A stretch of 64,000 nt of DNA from Candidatus Aenigmatarchaeota archaeon (GCA_039091535.1 JAWCLW010000001.1:145073-209072), one strand, 5' to 3'. Numbered from the stretch's first letter, positions 45,420 to 55,654 are shown. Notes: generated by a model from the letters alone, not told the origin. Numbers and translations are program-made.

Positions 45420-46631
45420 ATGAATTTCATAGATTTTCTCTATATATTTTTTGCAACATTAGTATTGTATTTTACATTTATTTTTCTAATTTTATTTTCA
45501 AGAAATAAGAAAGATTTTTCCAAAGTACCTAAAATAAAAAAATTACCAAGTGTAAGTATAATAGTACCTGCATATAATGAAGAAAAAAATATAGGTAGTG
45601 TTATAAAAAATCTGAAAAAATTAAAATACCCAAAAAAATTGTTGGAAATAATAGTTGTCGATGATGGTTCTACAGACAAAACTGCTGAAATAGCAGAAAA
45701 AAATGGTGCAAAAGTCATAAGAAAAGAAAAGGGTGGAAAAGCATCTGCTCTTAATATCGGCCTAAAACATGCAAAAAGTGAAATAATTGCATGTATAGAC
45801 GCAGATTCGTATCCGAAAAAAAATGCTCTTATCGAGGCTGTGCCCTTTTTTGTTGATAAAGATGTTGCTGCCGTAACTACTAGAATATTTACAAAAAAGA
45901 AAAATAAAATATTAGAAAAATTTCAGTCAATAGAATATGCAATGATCGCATGGTCAAGAAAATTATTTGAATATATAGAAGGTGTATATGTGACACCTGG
46001 TCCTCTAAGTCTTTATAGAAAATCTGTTGTTGAAAAGATTGGTGGATTTGATGAAAAAAATCTTACAGAAGATATTGAAATAGCGTGGCGTATTCTAAGC
46101 AATGGTTATAAAATAAAGATGAGTCCGGCAAAAACATATACAGAAATACCTAGAAGCTTTAAGAAATGGTGGAAACAAAGATTGCGATGGAACATTGGAG
46201 GAATTCAAACATTTATAAAATATAGAAAATCTATGTTCAAAAAAGGTAGTGAGAGTTTTGGTTTCTTTATTGTACCATTTTTTGCATTATCTTATTTTTT
46301 AAGTTTGTTGGCATTAAGCATTTTTTTATATTTAATCTATATATGGGCATTTAATAATATTTTATTTTATATAAGTGCATATTCAGTTGGATTAAATCCA
46401 ATAAAGAGAGTTTCACAACTTTTTATGCCAGACTTATTCACAATATTCGGTGTTCTTATCTTTATCTTATCAATTGTAATTGTAAATACTGGATTAAAAA
46501 CAATGGGGTATCAGAGAAATTTTAAAACATGGTTCTATATACTTTTATATTTAACAATATACATAACTATATTCCCATTAATACTTGTACATTCGCTAAT
46601 AAAAATGGCAAAGGGTTATAAAGAATGGTAA
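45420..46631 (+). CDS. family 2 glycosyltransferase, processive-type (QxxRW) polysaccharide synthase
   Basis: VSIIVPAYNEE, IVVDDGSTDKT, CIDADS, TEDIEIAWR and QRLRWNIGG, with N- and C-terminal TM helices. Confidence 0.85.
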   Translation: MNFIDFLYIFFATLVLYFTFIFLILFSRNKKDFSKVPKIKKLPSVSIIVPAYNEEKNIGSVIKNLKKLKYPKKLLEIIVVDDGSTDKTAEIAEKNGAKVIRKEKGGKASALNIGLKHAKSEIIACIDADSYPKKNALIEAVPFFVDKDVAAVTTRIFTKKKNKILEKFQSIEYAMIAWSRKLFEYIEGVYVTPGPLSLYRKSVVEKIGGFDEKNLTEDIEIAWRILSNGYKIKMSPAKTYTEIPRSFKKWWKQRLRWNIGGIQTFIKYRKSMFKKGSESFGFFIVPFFALSYFLSLLALSIFLYLIYIWAFNNILFYISAYSVGLNPIKRVSQLFMPDLFTIFGVLIFILSIVIVNTGLKTMGYQRNFKTWFYILLYLTIYITIFPLILVHSLIKMAKGYKEW

Positions 46632-47296
46632 TACAAAAAGATGTTTTCTGGAAATCTGCATTATTGACTATAATAGTCCTTTTTATAGGCATACAGATGG
46701 GCGTATGGCTTGATTCTATGCGACTTGATGAAATAAAAAATATATTAACAGAATCTGAGCTTCAGTTCAGAGACGCAGAGCTTCAAACATTAATTTTTGA
46801 AAAATTCTTTATTTTTAATGATATTTTCTGTGATTATGCAATAGATCTTAATTTGAAATTTAATGAAAAAATTTATCAAGAAGGTCTTAAAATAGAAAAA
46901 GCGGAAATTGTGAATAGATTTACACCATCACTACTTCTTGAAAAAAGAAGATATGCATTATTACAACTTAAATTTTGGATAAATTCTTTGACAATAAAGG
47001 AAAAATGTAATAGTAATTATTCTGTTTTACTTTATTTATACGTACATAATACTAAAAATAATGCAACGCTTGAATTAAATCAAAAATTACAGAGTGCATT
47101 TCTTTTAGATTTAAAAGATAAATGTGGTAATAAACTTATGCTCTCACCTCTACCTATAGATATGAATCTGACATCTATAGATTTCATTATAAGAAATTAT
47201 AATATTACAGAAGTACCTACATTGATTATAGATAAAAACATAGTAATTCAAAAATTGACAAATATGACTGAACTCGAAAGATATATCAAATGTTAA
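46625..47296 (+). CDS. N-terminally anchored hypothetical protein (possible synthase accessory)
   Basis: 223 aa. Its start overlaps the synthase stop (ATGGTAA). One N-terminal TM helix. Confidence 0.5.
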   Translation: MVIQKDVFWKSALLTIIVLFIGIQMGVWLDSMRLDEIKNILTESELQFRDAELQTLIFEKFFIFNDIFCDYAIDLNLKFNEKIYQEGLKIEKAEIVNRFTPSLLLEKRRYALLQLKFWINSLTIKEKCNSNYSVLLYLYVHNTKNNATLELNQKLQSAFLLDLKDKCGNKLMLSPLPIDMNLTSIDFIIRNYNITEVPTLIIDKNIVIQKLTNMTELERYIKC

Positions 47297-47310
47297 ATTG
47301 GGGTTTTCCA

Positions 47311-47871
47311 ATGATAAAAAAATATATTTTATTAATTGTTATTTTAATTTTGGTGAGTGGTTGTATACAACAAAAAGAAATAAAAGAAATTATGATACCA
47401 GGTCATGGAAATCAAGTCTATACATTTGAAAACGATATAAGAGAAGCATTAAAAGTAAAAACAAACAACGAATCCGGAATAAAAGAGATTTTTTTAAGAA
47501 ATGATCATTTCAATATTGTATTTGATGGTTCAAACCAGCAGGACAACGCATATTTTCGTGTTGTATTGATAAATATGGCTAAAATACCAATTTATTTTGC
47601 ATATGATGGGAGAATAATTACATTTGATTATTATTATTATATAGGTGAGCAATGGTTTAATTCTACAGATGGAAAAATAACAAAACCAGAACTAAAATAC
47701 CCATCTATATGGTTTTTGGGTCCGAATACAGGAGCAAACGAAACGTCAGTAAATCTTATTGATAATGTAATTTATTTGCAGGGAACAAGCTACAAAAATC
47801 TTACACTTGCCGGAGACAAATTAACATTAATTGTTTTTGGAATAGAAAAAATAGATAATTTAATTTATTGA
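47311..47871 (+). CDS. putative lipoprotein
   Basis: MIKKYILLIVILILVSGC-IQQ has a lipobox-like signal. 186 aa. Confidence 0.5.
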   Translation: MIKKYILLIVILILVSGCIQQKEIKEIMIPGHGNQVYTFENDIREALKVKTNNESGIKEIFLRNDHFNIVFDGSNQQDNAYFRVVLINMAKIPIYFAYDGRIITFDYYYYIGEQWFNSTDGKITKPELKYPSIWFLGPNTGANETSVNLIDNVIYLQGTSYKNLTLAGDKLTLIVFGIEKIDNLIY

Positions 47872-47949
47872 AAACTGTAAAAAAATTCATTTATTTAAAA
47901 ATTAAAAAAAGAAAAATTAAAAAATCTTAAATCAAACTCTCAGTCTATC

Positions 47950-50556
47950 TTAGGCTGCTGCTGTACTTATTACACCATTCTTGATGATTACAGTCTTCTT
48001 TCCTGTGAAATCAGTTTTGTATGAGTCATATGTCTGCATTATAGTTGTTGCTGCTCTTGTGTCCTCAGCTGAATGACCTGCTACAACCAATGCTGATTTG
48101 CCGCTTGTGAAAGCGTTCTCAACAAGGTCTATGATAGCAGTTCCAGCTCCCTGCTCAATATACCAGTCCCTTGTTTTAGTCTTTCCAGCATCCGCTAATT
48201 CTCTTACTAATATGTTAACTGCAGGACCTCCAACCAAAATCAAGTTCTTGGTTGTCTTGTCAGATGATGTAATTTCTGTATCTAATTTACCAAGTGGTGT
48301 CTTCACAGGAACTGCTTGTTTAACTTTTGTACCTTCTGTTTCACCAGATAAGCTAAATTGAGGGTCTGTGCCCATTGCTACAACAGCTACAACCTGATCA
48401 TCTGGATATGAAATCTTTATAGTACCCTGTTGGTCTGTGTTTCTTTCAACAAGTGTACCATAGTAGTCAAGACCCCTTGTGATGTATGTGTTTGTCGTCT
48501 TTTTATCTGCTCTCTCGACGCTGCTTACCATCATGTCGGCAATGCTTTTTGCATCAATCTCAACCTTTGGTGATGAGTCAGAACTTGTAGATACGCCAAC
48601 TCTTATAGCACCTCTTACATTTGCATTATCTTTTTCTTCAATTATTGCAAATGCAGCGCTATTTGTGTTTCCTGTAAGGTTGAAGCCTGTTGGGTATAAT
48701 GTTCCTGTTCCTACACCAGGTATCCATGTATATGACATTGAACCACAATTATATGTTGTTGTTGTATTTACTATATGGAATGTACACAAACCTTCACCAC
48801 TAGAAACTGTATTGTTTCCAGGTAGTGAATAGTTTCCACCTACTGCCAATTGAACTGGTCTCATTAAGACAAATTCTTCGCCGTTTTTTAATTTCAAAGG
48901 TGTATAAACAGCGATTGGACTTGATGCACTTCCTGTCCTTGCACTAGAACCTCTGTGAATTGCAACTGATGTATTTGTTGTTTCGTCAACGTCAAAGTAG
49001 TATGTCTTACCGTCAATGACTTTTGTTCCTGTCAATCCTGTACCAGAAACTGTAACCTCATATTCTGTTCCGCTCATTACATCTTTTAATTTTACAGTCT
49101 TTGTTGTTGCTGCTGCACCTACATCAAAGTTTGTAACTTGCAATAGGTGTGAGAAGCCTCCTTGATTTATTATAGTGTAGTTATTTAAACCAACTTGCTG
49201 ACCTTCAACCACGATATATTCGTATCCATTGTTGTCCATTAATTTTGCTGCTGATTGTGCTGAACCACCATAATAGTTGTATGCAACAGTCAATGTTTTT
49301 GAATTCCCTCTGTCATCTGTTATAGAAGCTGTGATTGCGTTGTCACCGCTGTATGTAAATGTTGTTAAACTTCTTGTTGTAGCTGTCAGTGATGGATTAA
49401 AACCATAGAACGCAAGCTTGAAGCTCTTGAATACTGGGTCTGTAAATGCAGAGCCTGATTTTATAAAGTCAGCGTTTGCCTCAGGTGCATATACATCTAT
49501 TTGTATTTGGTTTATAGAATCTGCAACTGAACCTGGTGTTATTGTGACATATGTTCCTTTTACATTGTCCTCATTTGTACCAACTTTGACATAGTTTCCA
49601 TTTTGCAATACAAGCTTGTCCGCACCAACTTTCAAAACAACACGGCCTGTATTACCTTGTCCATATCTTGCAACAGATTTTACATAGATTCTTACACCAC
49701 TTGTTGAAGTAATGTATGTTCCTGCTGATGTCAAGTCTTGCGAAACACCATCAATTGTCAGATCTGCTTGATCATTTGCTGTTATACCATTCAATGTTAT
49801 TTCTACTGTCTTAGTACCAACAGTAACTGTCTGTGTTACTGGAGTTCCATCCCAATCTAATCCTACTTCTTTTCCACCACCGTATAGCACTATTTTTGAA
49901 GTTGTTACTTCGCCTGTTCCACTACCAAATGTATACTCTTGTCCAAAAAGTTTTATTGACTTCCCATCAATTAATCTCTGTGATGTTGTATTTATCTTCA
50001 AGTCTTTTGTGAAGATAACTTTCAATGAATATAGTGGAGATGAAGACGTTGTTAAACTCATATCTATAATAGGTTCTACCTCTGCCAAATCATTTCCTGA
50101 TGTATCATAGTCAATATCTGCTGCTCCACCAATCTGTATGTATTGGTCATATTTGTATTCTGTACCTTCTTTATCTACAACAGCAAGCGAAGGCAAAATC
50201 GATGGTAGGTTATCTTTTGTCAATGTATCTCTTGCTACGTTCAATACATCACCAAGTCTTATTTTTGTGTTTGTGGTTTCTAATAGAATACCATCTGTTA
50301 CACTTACACCACCAGTCGTTCCTGCACATGTATATTCTGTTGTTACTTCACCACCTAGACGAGTTGCAATATCTATAGCACCTACAACATCGCTAGGAGC
50401 AGCTGCTGCACCAACAACGACCAAGCTCTGAATCCCGTCTTCTGTAACAAATGGTGATGGAAAGTCTGCTAGCGTAGCTGCAAAAGCAATTGAAGAGCCT
50501 GCCATAATAGCAGCCAATGTACCTGCAGCTAAAATTTTCTTAAATTGCATTTTCAT
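47950..50556 (-). CDS. S-layer protein (archaeal S_layer_N / S_layer_C-like)
   Basis: Signal MKMQFKKILAAGTLAAIMAGSSIAFA, then ATLADFPSPFV..LVVVGAAAAPSDVVGAIDIATRLG. The C-terminus has NLILVGGPAVNILVRELADAG. The body is Thr/Gly/Val/Ser-rich and nearly Cys-free, GC is visibly higher, and GGAGG lies 5 nt upstream of the ATG. Confidence 0.8.
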   Translation of the reverse strand: MKMQFKKILAAGTLAAIMAGSSIAFAATLADFPSPFVTEDGIQSLVVVGAAAAPSDVVGAIDIATRLGGEVTTEYTCAGTTGGVSVTDGILLETTNTKIRLGDVLNVARDTLTKDNLPSILPSLAVVDKEGTEYKYDQYIQIGGAADIDYDTSGNDLAEVEPIIDMSLTTSSSPLYSLKVIFTKDLKINTTSQRLIDGKSIKLFGQEYTFGSGTGEVTTSKIVLYGGGKEVGLDWDGTPVTQTVTVGTKTVEITLNGITANDQADLTIDGVSQDLTSAGTYITSTSGVRIYVKSVARYGQGNTGRVVLKVGADKLVLQNGNYVKVGTNEDNVKGTYVTITPGSVADSINQIQIDVYAPEANADFIKSGSAFTDPVFKSFKLAFYGFNPSLTATTRSLTTFTYSGDNAITASITDDRGNSKTLTVAYNYYGGSAQSAAKLMDNNGYEYIVVEGQQVGLNNYTIINQGGFSHLLQVTNFDVGAAATTKTVKLKDVMSGTEYEVTVSGTGLTGTKVIDGKTYYFDVDETTNTSVAIHRGSSARTGSASSPIAVYTPLKLKNGEEFVLMRPVQLAVGGNYSLPGNNTVSSGEGLCTFHIVNTTTTYNCGSMSYTWIPGVGTGTLYPTGFNLTGNTNSAAFAIIEEKDNANVRGAIRVGVSTSSDSSPKVEIDAKSIADMMVSSVERADKKTTNTYITRGLDYYGTLVERNTDQQGTIKISYPDDQVVAVVAMGTDPQFSLSGETEGTKVKQAVPVKTPLGKLDTEITSSDKTTKNLILVGGPAVNILVRELADAGKTKTRDWYIEQGAGTAIIDLVENAFTSGKSALVVAGHSAEDTRAATTIMQTYDSYKTDFTGKKTVIIKNGVISTAAA

Positions 50557-50583
50557 GCAACCTCCTTGTATTTATTTTTACAA

Positions 50584-50649
50584 GTTGAATTGTTTCCAAT
50601 TCAACAGTTCATTGTTTATAAAGTTAGCTAAACAAAGCTAACTTTATAA
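50584..50649 (-). promoter_or_regulatory. two perfect inverted repeats in the S-layer gene upstream/leader region
   Basis: IR1 is GTTGAATTG-4nt-CAATTCAAC (~50584..50605). IR2 is TTATAAAGTTAGC-8nt-GCTAACTTTATAA (~50616..50649). A TTTATATA-like box on the minus strand lies at ~50671..50680. Confidence 0.35.
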
Positions 50650-50829
50650 CACTATTAATATACAAGAAAGATATATAAACATGACGCGAAATAGTTTCAT
50701 ATATAAATACTTATTTATTTTAAATTGGATCTAATAGTTTATATATAAAATATATTATATTTTATTGTTCTAAAGTCAATATTTAGTCATTTTAAATAAT
50801 AAAAACCAATATTTTTTTGATTTATATTT

Positions 50830-51735
50830 TTATTTTTCAATAGTTTTTATTCTTTTAAGTTTTATAATATTTGTTCTACCTTTATGTATTTTTTCTATAA
50901 GACCTCTTTTTTCTAAATCGTAAATTATTCTCGAAACCTTTGGTTTTGAGAAATCTGTTTCCTTTACAATCTTTCTCTGATCAACAGGTTTCTTTTCTCG
51001 AAGCAATATCTCGATAACTTTTCTTTCTCCTTCTGTTAAAACTGGTAGCATATCTTTTATTGGATGCTTTTTATATTTAATTAAAAATAAAATTATTATT
51101 ATAATAATAAAAATAATTATCAGGATAAGAATCTGTATTATTGGTTGTTCAATGATTATTTGTTCATAAATCAATGAAACATCAAATGTCTCTCCAAGTT
51201 TTGGGTTAGATAATACCCATTCAACATATATTTTGCGACCGTCACTACCCTCACGCCCCCAAGAAGGTTCAAATCTCTGCAGACCAGTACCTTCAATACG
51301 ATTTTTTTCAACAATTGCTGCACCAAGAGGTAATCTTACAACCAAAGAAAATTTTTCTGTAAGTTGTATTAGAGAAAACCTGTATTTGAACATCATAAAA
51401 TTGTGTACTGTTGTTATAAAATTTTGTGTACGAAATTTATAAACAATCTTTTTTGCATTTATGTTCTCGCACAAAATTGTTGTTCCTGCTTTTTCATAAA
51501 CATAACATATAATTGGTATATCATCAGCGAATACATTAACATTGTCTATGCTTGCAAATATGAAATAATCGCTTTTCTTAACATTTTCTTTGTATTTTAA
51601 TGTAACAGTCCAGTCAACACTTTTATCATCATTTATAGAGATATCTATATTCCATTCACTTAATTCAATAGCATTAACTATAAATGGAAAAAATAACAAT
51701 ATGAATATAAATACATATACTTTCATAATTATCAT
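50830..51735 (-). CDS. membrane-associated winged-helix regulator (COG2512-like)
   Basis: Signal plus ~190-aa extracytoplasmic domain, a TM helix (IQILILIIIFIIIIIILFLI), then the cytoplasmic wHTH LTEGERKVIEILLREKKPVDQRKIVKETDFSKPKVSRIIYDLEKRGLIEK. Confidence 0.65.
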   Translation of the reverse strand: MIIMKVYVFIFILLFFPFIVNAIELSEWNIDISINDDKSVDWTVTLKYKENVKKSDYFIFASIDNVNVFADDIPIICYVYEKAGTTILCENINAKKIVYKFRTQNFITTVHNFMMFKYRFSLIQLTEKFSLVVRLPLGAAIVEKNRIEGTGLQRFEPSWGREGSDGRKIYVEWVLSNPKLGETFDVSLIYEQIIIEQPIIQILILIIIFIIIIIILFLIKYKKHPIKDMLPVLTEGERKVIEILLREKKPVDQRKIVKETDFSKPKVSRIIYDLEKRGLIEKIHKGRTNIIKLKRIKTIEK

Positions 51736-51762
51736 AAAGATAAGAATGAATTTAAATATATG

Positions 51763-52194
51763 TTATTTTGGTGTTATTATAATTCCACCAACACCTGCCG
51801 CTGCAAACTGATGGACAATGCCTGCAAGCATATTTGCTATATTTTGTATTTCGCTTATCTCTATATTCTTTTTTTTCGGACCTAGAATCTCTATTGCTGA
51901 AGGTCCGTAAACCATAACCATATTAAGAAGTGTTATTAAATTTTTTACAAAAAATTTAATCTCAACAACTTGTGAATATCCTTCTTTTACATTTTTTATT
52001 GGATTTTCAACTTTTTGAATATCATAAAATTTAGTATCATAAACAAATGCGCCTTTAACATTCTTCATCTTTTCTATGTGAGTTTTTAATGATTCTTCAA
52101 CAATCTCCTTTGTCGTTCCTAATGCCTCAATAGAAAACCATACCTCAAACCATTCTTCTTTTCTTCTTTTTTTTATCTCATCTTGCATTTCCAT
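51763..52194 (-). CDS. hypothetical protein
   Basis: 143-aa ORF with ordinary composition and no family recognised. Confidence 0.45.
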   Translation of the reverse strand: MEMQDEIKKRRKEEWFEVWFSIEALGTTKEIVEESLKTHIEKMKNVKGAFVYDTKFYDIQKVENPIKNVKEGYSQVVEIKFFVKNLITLLNMVMVYGPSAIEILGPKKKNIEISEIQNIANMLAGIVHQFAAAGVGGIIITPK

Positions 52195-52253
52195 GTTTTT
52201 TGTTTGGAAGTTAATTTATTTAAAGATAAAAATTGTTTGTGTTCAGTTTGTTT

Positions 52254-53267
52254 TTATATATTTGTCCATTTCATACCTGCCAATGGTATTTTTGTCAAAC
52301 AATTTGGACAATGATAATCCTTTCCCTTTTTCTTCAAATCCATTTTAATGACAGAAAAACTAGATCTTTTTATAACCATATGTTTACAATTATGACAATA
52401 TGTATTTTCTTTTTCGTGTCTTATATTTCCAATGTACACATAATCAAGACCCATCCTCTCTGCGATCATTGCCGCTCTTTCAAGTGTCTTTTCTGGTGTT
52501 ATTTCTACATTTAATAATTTATGCATAGGGAAAAATCTTGAGAAATGCAAAGGAACTTGACCAAGATTATCCAAAATCCATTGAACCATTTCTTTTATCT
52601 GTTCATCCTTATCATTATACCCAGGTATTATTAAATTTGTTATCTCTATCCAAACACCATATCTTTTGTATTCAACTAAAGCTGTTTGTACAGGCTCCAA
52701 TGATGCAAGACATAACTCTCTATATGTTTTTTCATTTCCTTTATAATCGACATTAACTGCATGTAAAAATTTTGATGATTTTTTTATCGGTTCTATGTTT
52801 GTATATCCATTGCTAACCCATACATGATAGACATCTATCTTTTTTTCTTTGCATAATTTTGCTGTTTCATAGAAATATTCATAAAAAACAGTTGGTTCTG
52901 TATATGTCCAAGAAAATCCTGGTGTTTTATTTATTGCAATTAATTCATTGGGTGATATATTTTTACCGAATATTTCATTTGGTTGCGATATTTCATAATT
53001 TTGGCAAAAGCTGCATCTGAAATTGCAACCAACCGTTGCTATCGATAATGTTTCTGAGCCTGGCGCAAAATGAAATAATGGTTTCTTTTCTATAGGGTCG
53101 ATAGCAATGGAGCATGGTTTTGAATATACAAGCGAAAATAATTTTCCATCTCTATTTTCTCTTACACCACAAAATCCTTTTTTTCCTTCTAATATATTGC
53201 AATTTCTAGGACATAAAACACATTTAACATTTCCATTTAATTTCTCATAAAACATTGCCTCTTTCAT
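52254..53267 (-). CDS. AmmeMemoRadiSam-system radical SAM enzyme
   Basis: N-terminal CVLCPRNCNI..GFCGVR, GCNFRCSFCQNYEISQ (CxxxCxxC) and a C-terminal CHNC..CPNC. 337 aa. Confidence 0.75.
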   Translation of the reverse strand: MKEAMFYEKLNGNVKCVLCPRNCNILEGKKGFCGVRENRDGKLFSLVYSKPCSIAIDPIEKKPLFHFAPGSETLSIATVGCNFRCSFCQNYEISQPNEIFGKNISPNELIAINKTPGFSWTYTEPTVFYEYFYETAKLCKEKKIDVYHVWVSNGYTNIEPIKKSSKFLHAVNVDYKGNEKTYRELCLASLEPVQTALVEYKRYGVWIEITNLIIPGYNDKDEQIKEMVQWILDNLGQVPLHFSRFFPMHKLLNVEITPEKTLERAAMIAERMGLDYVYIGNIRHEKENTYCHNCKHMVIKRSSFSVIKMDLKKKGKDYHCPNCLTKIPLAGMKWTNI

Positions 53268-53496
53268 AAAGATATTAATAAATATTAAAAATAATAAAGA
53301 TTGTTGTTTTTTATTATTAGTTGATAATTCATTTGTATATAAATTTGTAATTATTACTAATTAGACAAAAATCATATTATACAACTCAATCCTTTCTAGT
53401 TAATGTTGTTCAAAAATTATTTGTATTTAAAATCTTCTATAAAACAAATCTCACTAGAAAAAATTTTATATTTGTGAGTTATTAAATTATAGAATT

Positions 53497-53715
53497 ATGG
53501 GTATTATAATAAATGGTATTGGTATTGGTTTTTTTATAGCAATTTTTGTATCGATGTATGTCGATTTTTTCTTTGATATAATACTACCAATTTTTATAAT
53601 ATATGGAATACTTGCACCACTTATTTCTGCGATTGTATTGTTATTATTACTTTATATAAGAAAAGAAGAGAAAAAAAGGGAAGGCCTTCAGTGGTGGGAA
53701 GAAAAAAAGGAATAA
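53497..53715 (+). CDS. small membrane protein
   Basis: 72 aa with two hydrophobic helices and a charged tail. Its stop abuts the tRNA-Thr 3' end on the other strand. Confidence 0.35.
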   Translation: MGIIINGIGIGFFIAIFVSMYVDFFFDIILPIFIIYGILAPLISAIVLLLLLYIRKEEKKREGLQWWEEKKE

Positions 53716-53837
53716 GCCCCAGGAGGGTAAATCGATAGAAGTATATTCAATACTTCAATTCTCGAACCCTCGACCTTCTGCTTACGAGATTCGCCGATTT
53801 TTATCTCAGACGCTCTACCATACTGAGCTACTGAGGC
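53715..53837 (-). tRNA. tRNA-Thr(CGU) with two non-canonical introns (anticodon stem/loop junction and T-loop)
   Basis: On the minus strand: GCCTCAG-TA-GCTC-AGTATGGTA-GAGC-G-TCTG[~17-nt insert ~53789..53805]-CTCGTAA-GCAGA-AGGTC-GAGGG-TTCGAG[~32-nt insert ~53729..53760]A-CCCTC-CTGGGGC-T. The anticodon is at 53784..53786. Confidence 0.75.
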
Positions 53838-53876
53838 ATTAAATAAAATATAAATAATATATAAAAAAGAATAAAA

Positions 53877-54164
53877 TTATTTCTTTTTAAATTTTTGAAT
53901 CCCTGATTTTATCATATACAACGATGATAATATTACTGTTATAATCCATAAAAAGCCCAATACTAAAATTGTACTTACTGTTTGTATAATATTCTGTATT
54001 TGATTCATATCTATTCCATATTGTGATAATGTAGAAGCATCAGCTGATGTTAATATACTGACCGTGTTACTAAATTCTATTAAAACCCATGCAAATATCC
54101 CTGAGCCAACAAGTGCTATCAAGCCTATTAAGATAAATACTATTCCTACTATTTTTTTGTCCAT
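53877..54164 (-). CDS. small membrane protein
   Basis: 95 aa with two or three hydrophobic helices. Confidence 0.4.
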   Translation of the reverse strand: MDKKIVGIVFILIGLIALVGSGIFAWVLIEFSNTVSILTSADASTLSQYGIDMNQIQNIIQTVSTILVLGFLWIITVILSSLYMIKSGIQKFKKK

Positions 54165-54166
54165 AT

Positions 54167-54805
54167 TTACACCATCATCGGCATAAATTTGCTAAGATCA
54201 CCAACTGTAAGAACAGATATTAAAAATAGAGCAATGAAGAATGTCATTGTTACTATTGATATTGTTACAAAGGAAGTTATCATATCTGTTTTGAACAATT
54301 CTTTTACTGACCTGTATAATATACTAAGTCCAAGTGAAAGGAGTACACCAAAGACTATTACTGAGACAACTATTCCATATGGGACTAGCATAAATATAGA
54401 TGCTATAAGTAGACCCACTGAAATTATGAATAATGAGTATGTGGACGATGTCAACCCCTCATAATAAGTTCCTTTACCGCCAAGTGTATTTACGCTGATT
54501 TCAACAATAAGACCCAAGAAAAGTATGCATACAAGTGAAAACAAGAAGAATACTATCATAGATCCGCCTATTATTAATGGAGTTGTACTAAACGCTGTTC
54601 TGAACATAAATATGCCAATGCTTATCGCAAAGATAATTGCTGTTAATACTGTTATACTGAATATTTTTGTCATGTTTTTTTGCTTTTTTGCGTCTTCTAT
54701 TGCTTTTACGGGATTCCTTAACAAATCAAGACACATTTTATCACCAGATAAATTTTGTTTTTTTGAATTTAAATATATAATGGTTTTTGCTGAATATTTT
54801 CCCAA
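54167..54805 (-). CDS. Yip1-like polytopic membrane protein
   Basis: ..LLRNPVKAIEDAKKQKNMTKIF.. followed by five hydrophobic helices. The start is uncertain, since the internal ATG giving MCLDLL.. is also possible. Confidence 0.45.
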   Translation of the reverse strand: MGKYSAKTIIYLNSKKQNLSGDKMCLDLLRNPVKAIEDAKKQKNMTKIFSITVLTAIIFAISIGIFMFRTAFSTTPLIIGGSMIVFFLFSLVCILFLGLIVEISVNTLGGKGTYYEGLTSSTYSLFIISVGLLIASIFMLVPYGIVVSVIVFGVLLSLGLSILYRSVKELFKTDMITSFVTISIVTMTFFIALFLISVLTVGDLSKFMPMMV

Positions 54806-54909
54806 AAATTATTCCAGATGAAGTGTATAATTTGTGGCCTTATAAATTACTACTAATAAATGATAAAGTTTAAAAATTTTACTGTATATAATTAATTAGG
54901 TGAATAATT

Positions 54910-55608
54910 ATGTATAAAGTTGGGCATGAATTGATTGTTCCGGGTGCTCGCTCTTTTTACCCGTTATTGGACATAACATATAAAAGCGAAGAAAGAAAAA
55001 TTTTGTTTTCTGAATATTTGATAAAAACAAGAAAAAGTTATTATGATGCTAAAAAAATAATCCCCAAAGGATATAGGATGTCTACTGCAGCAGAAGAACT
55101 TGCCTTACAACTTTATCTAGAAAGATATGGTATAGATCCAAGAAAAGCAAAAATCTTTGATGATTTATTTGGTAGAGACATAGAATCTTCATATGTATGG
55201 CAATGGACAGAGACTGGTTTGCGTGTTCCACATGGATTTAGAGCTGATAAATATGAAAAAGATGCTAAAGGCAGAAAATATTGGCCAAGAATAGTTCTTT
55301 TAGAAGACAAAGAAGTTGGAGAAATTCTAATTCCTGAAGGTCATGGAAGGGTTGTAGTTGAATGGGATGAAGTGTTCGGATTGCCAAAGGTAACAGAAGA
55401 TATTGAATGGCCTCATAAACCCTTTACAACTCATTTTTGGTTCAGACCAGAAGATGATGATCTTGCTGTTAGACGCGGGGGCTTCTGGCATGATGATATG
55501 AGCAAATGGTGTCTATATGTTGATGCGATCTGCAAACGTGTTGAGGAGGGCTCGTATGGTGGCTTCCGTTTAGTTCATGGTCCATTTCCAGAAATTAAAA
55601 AAATATAA
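54910..55608 (+). CDS. hypothetical protein
   Basis: 232 aa, Trp/His-rich and non-repetitive. No family recognised. Confidence 0.5.
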   Translation: MYKVGHELIVPGARSFYPLLDITYKSEERKILFSEYLIKTRKSYYDAKKIIPKGYRMSTAAEELALQLYLERYGIDPRKAKIFDDLFGRDIESSYVWQWTETGLRVPHGFRADKYEKDAKGRKYWPRIVLLEDKEVGEILIPEGHGRVVVEWDEVFGLPKVTEDIEWPHKPFTTHFWFRPEDDDLAVRRGGFWHDDMSKWCLYVDAICKRVEEGSYGGFRLVHGPFPEIKKI

Positions 55609-55654
55609 AAAATTTCATCATTTATCTATCAACTATTTTTTGAATTTATAAAAT

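Noticed and set aside
48098-50431. Antisense ORFs within the S-layer gene (48098, 48479, 50100, 50138)
   Set aside because: They are shadow frames of a long, GC-richer, clearly coding ORF.
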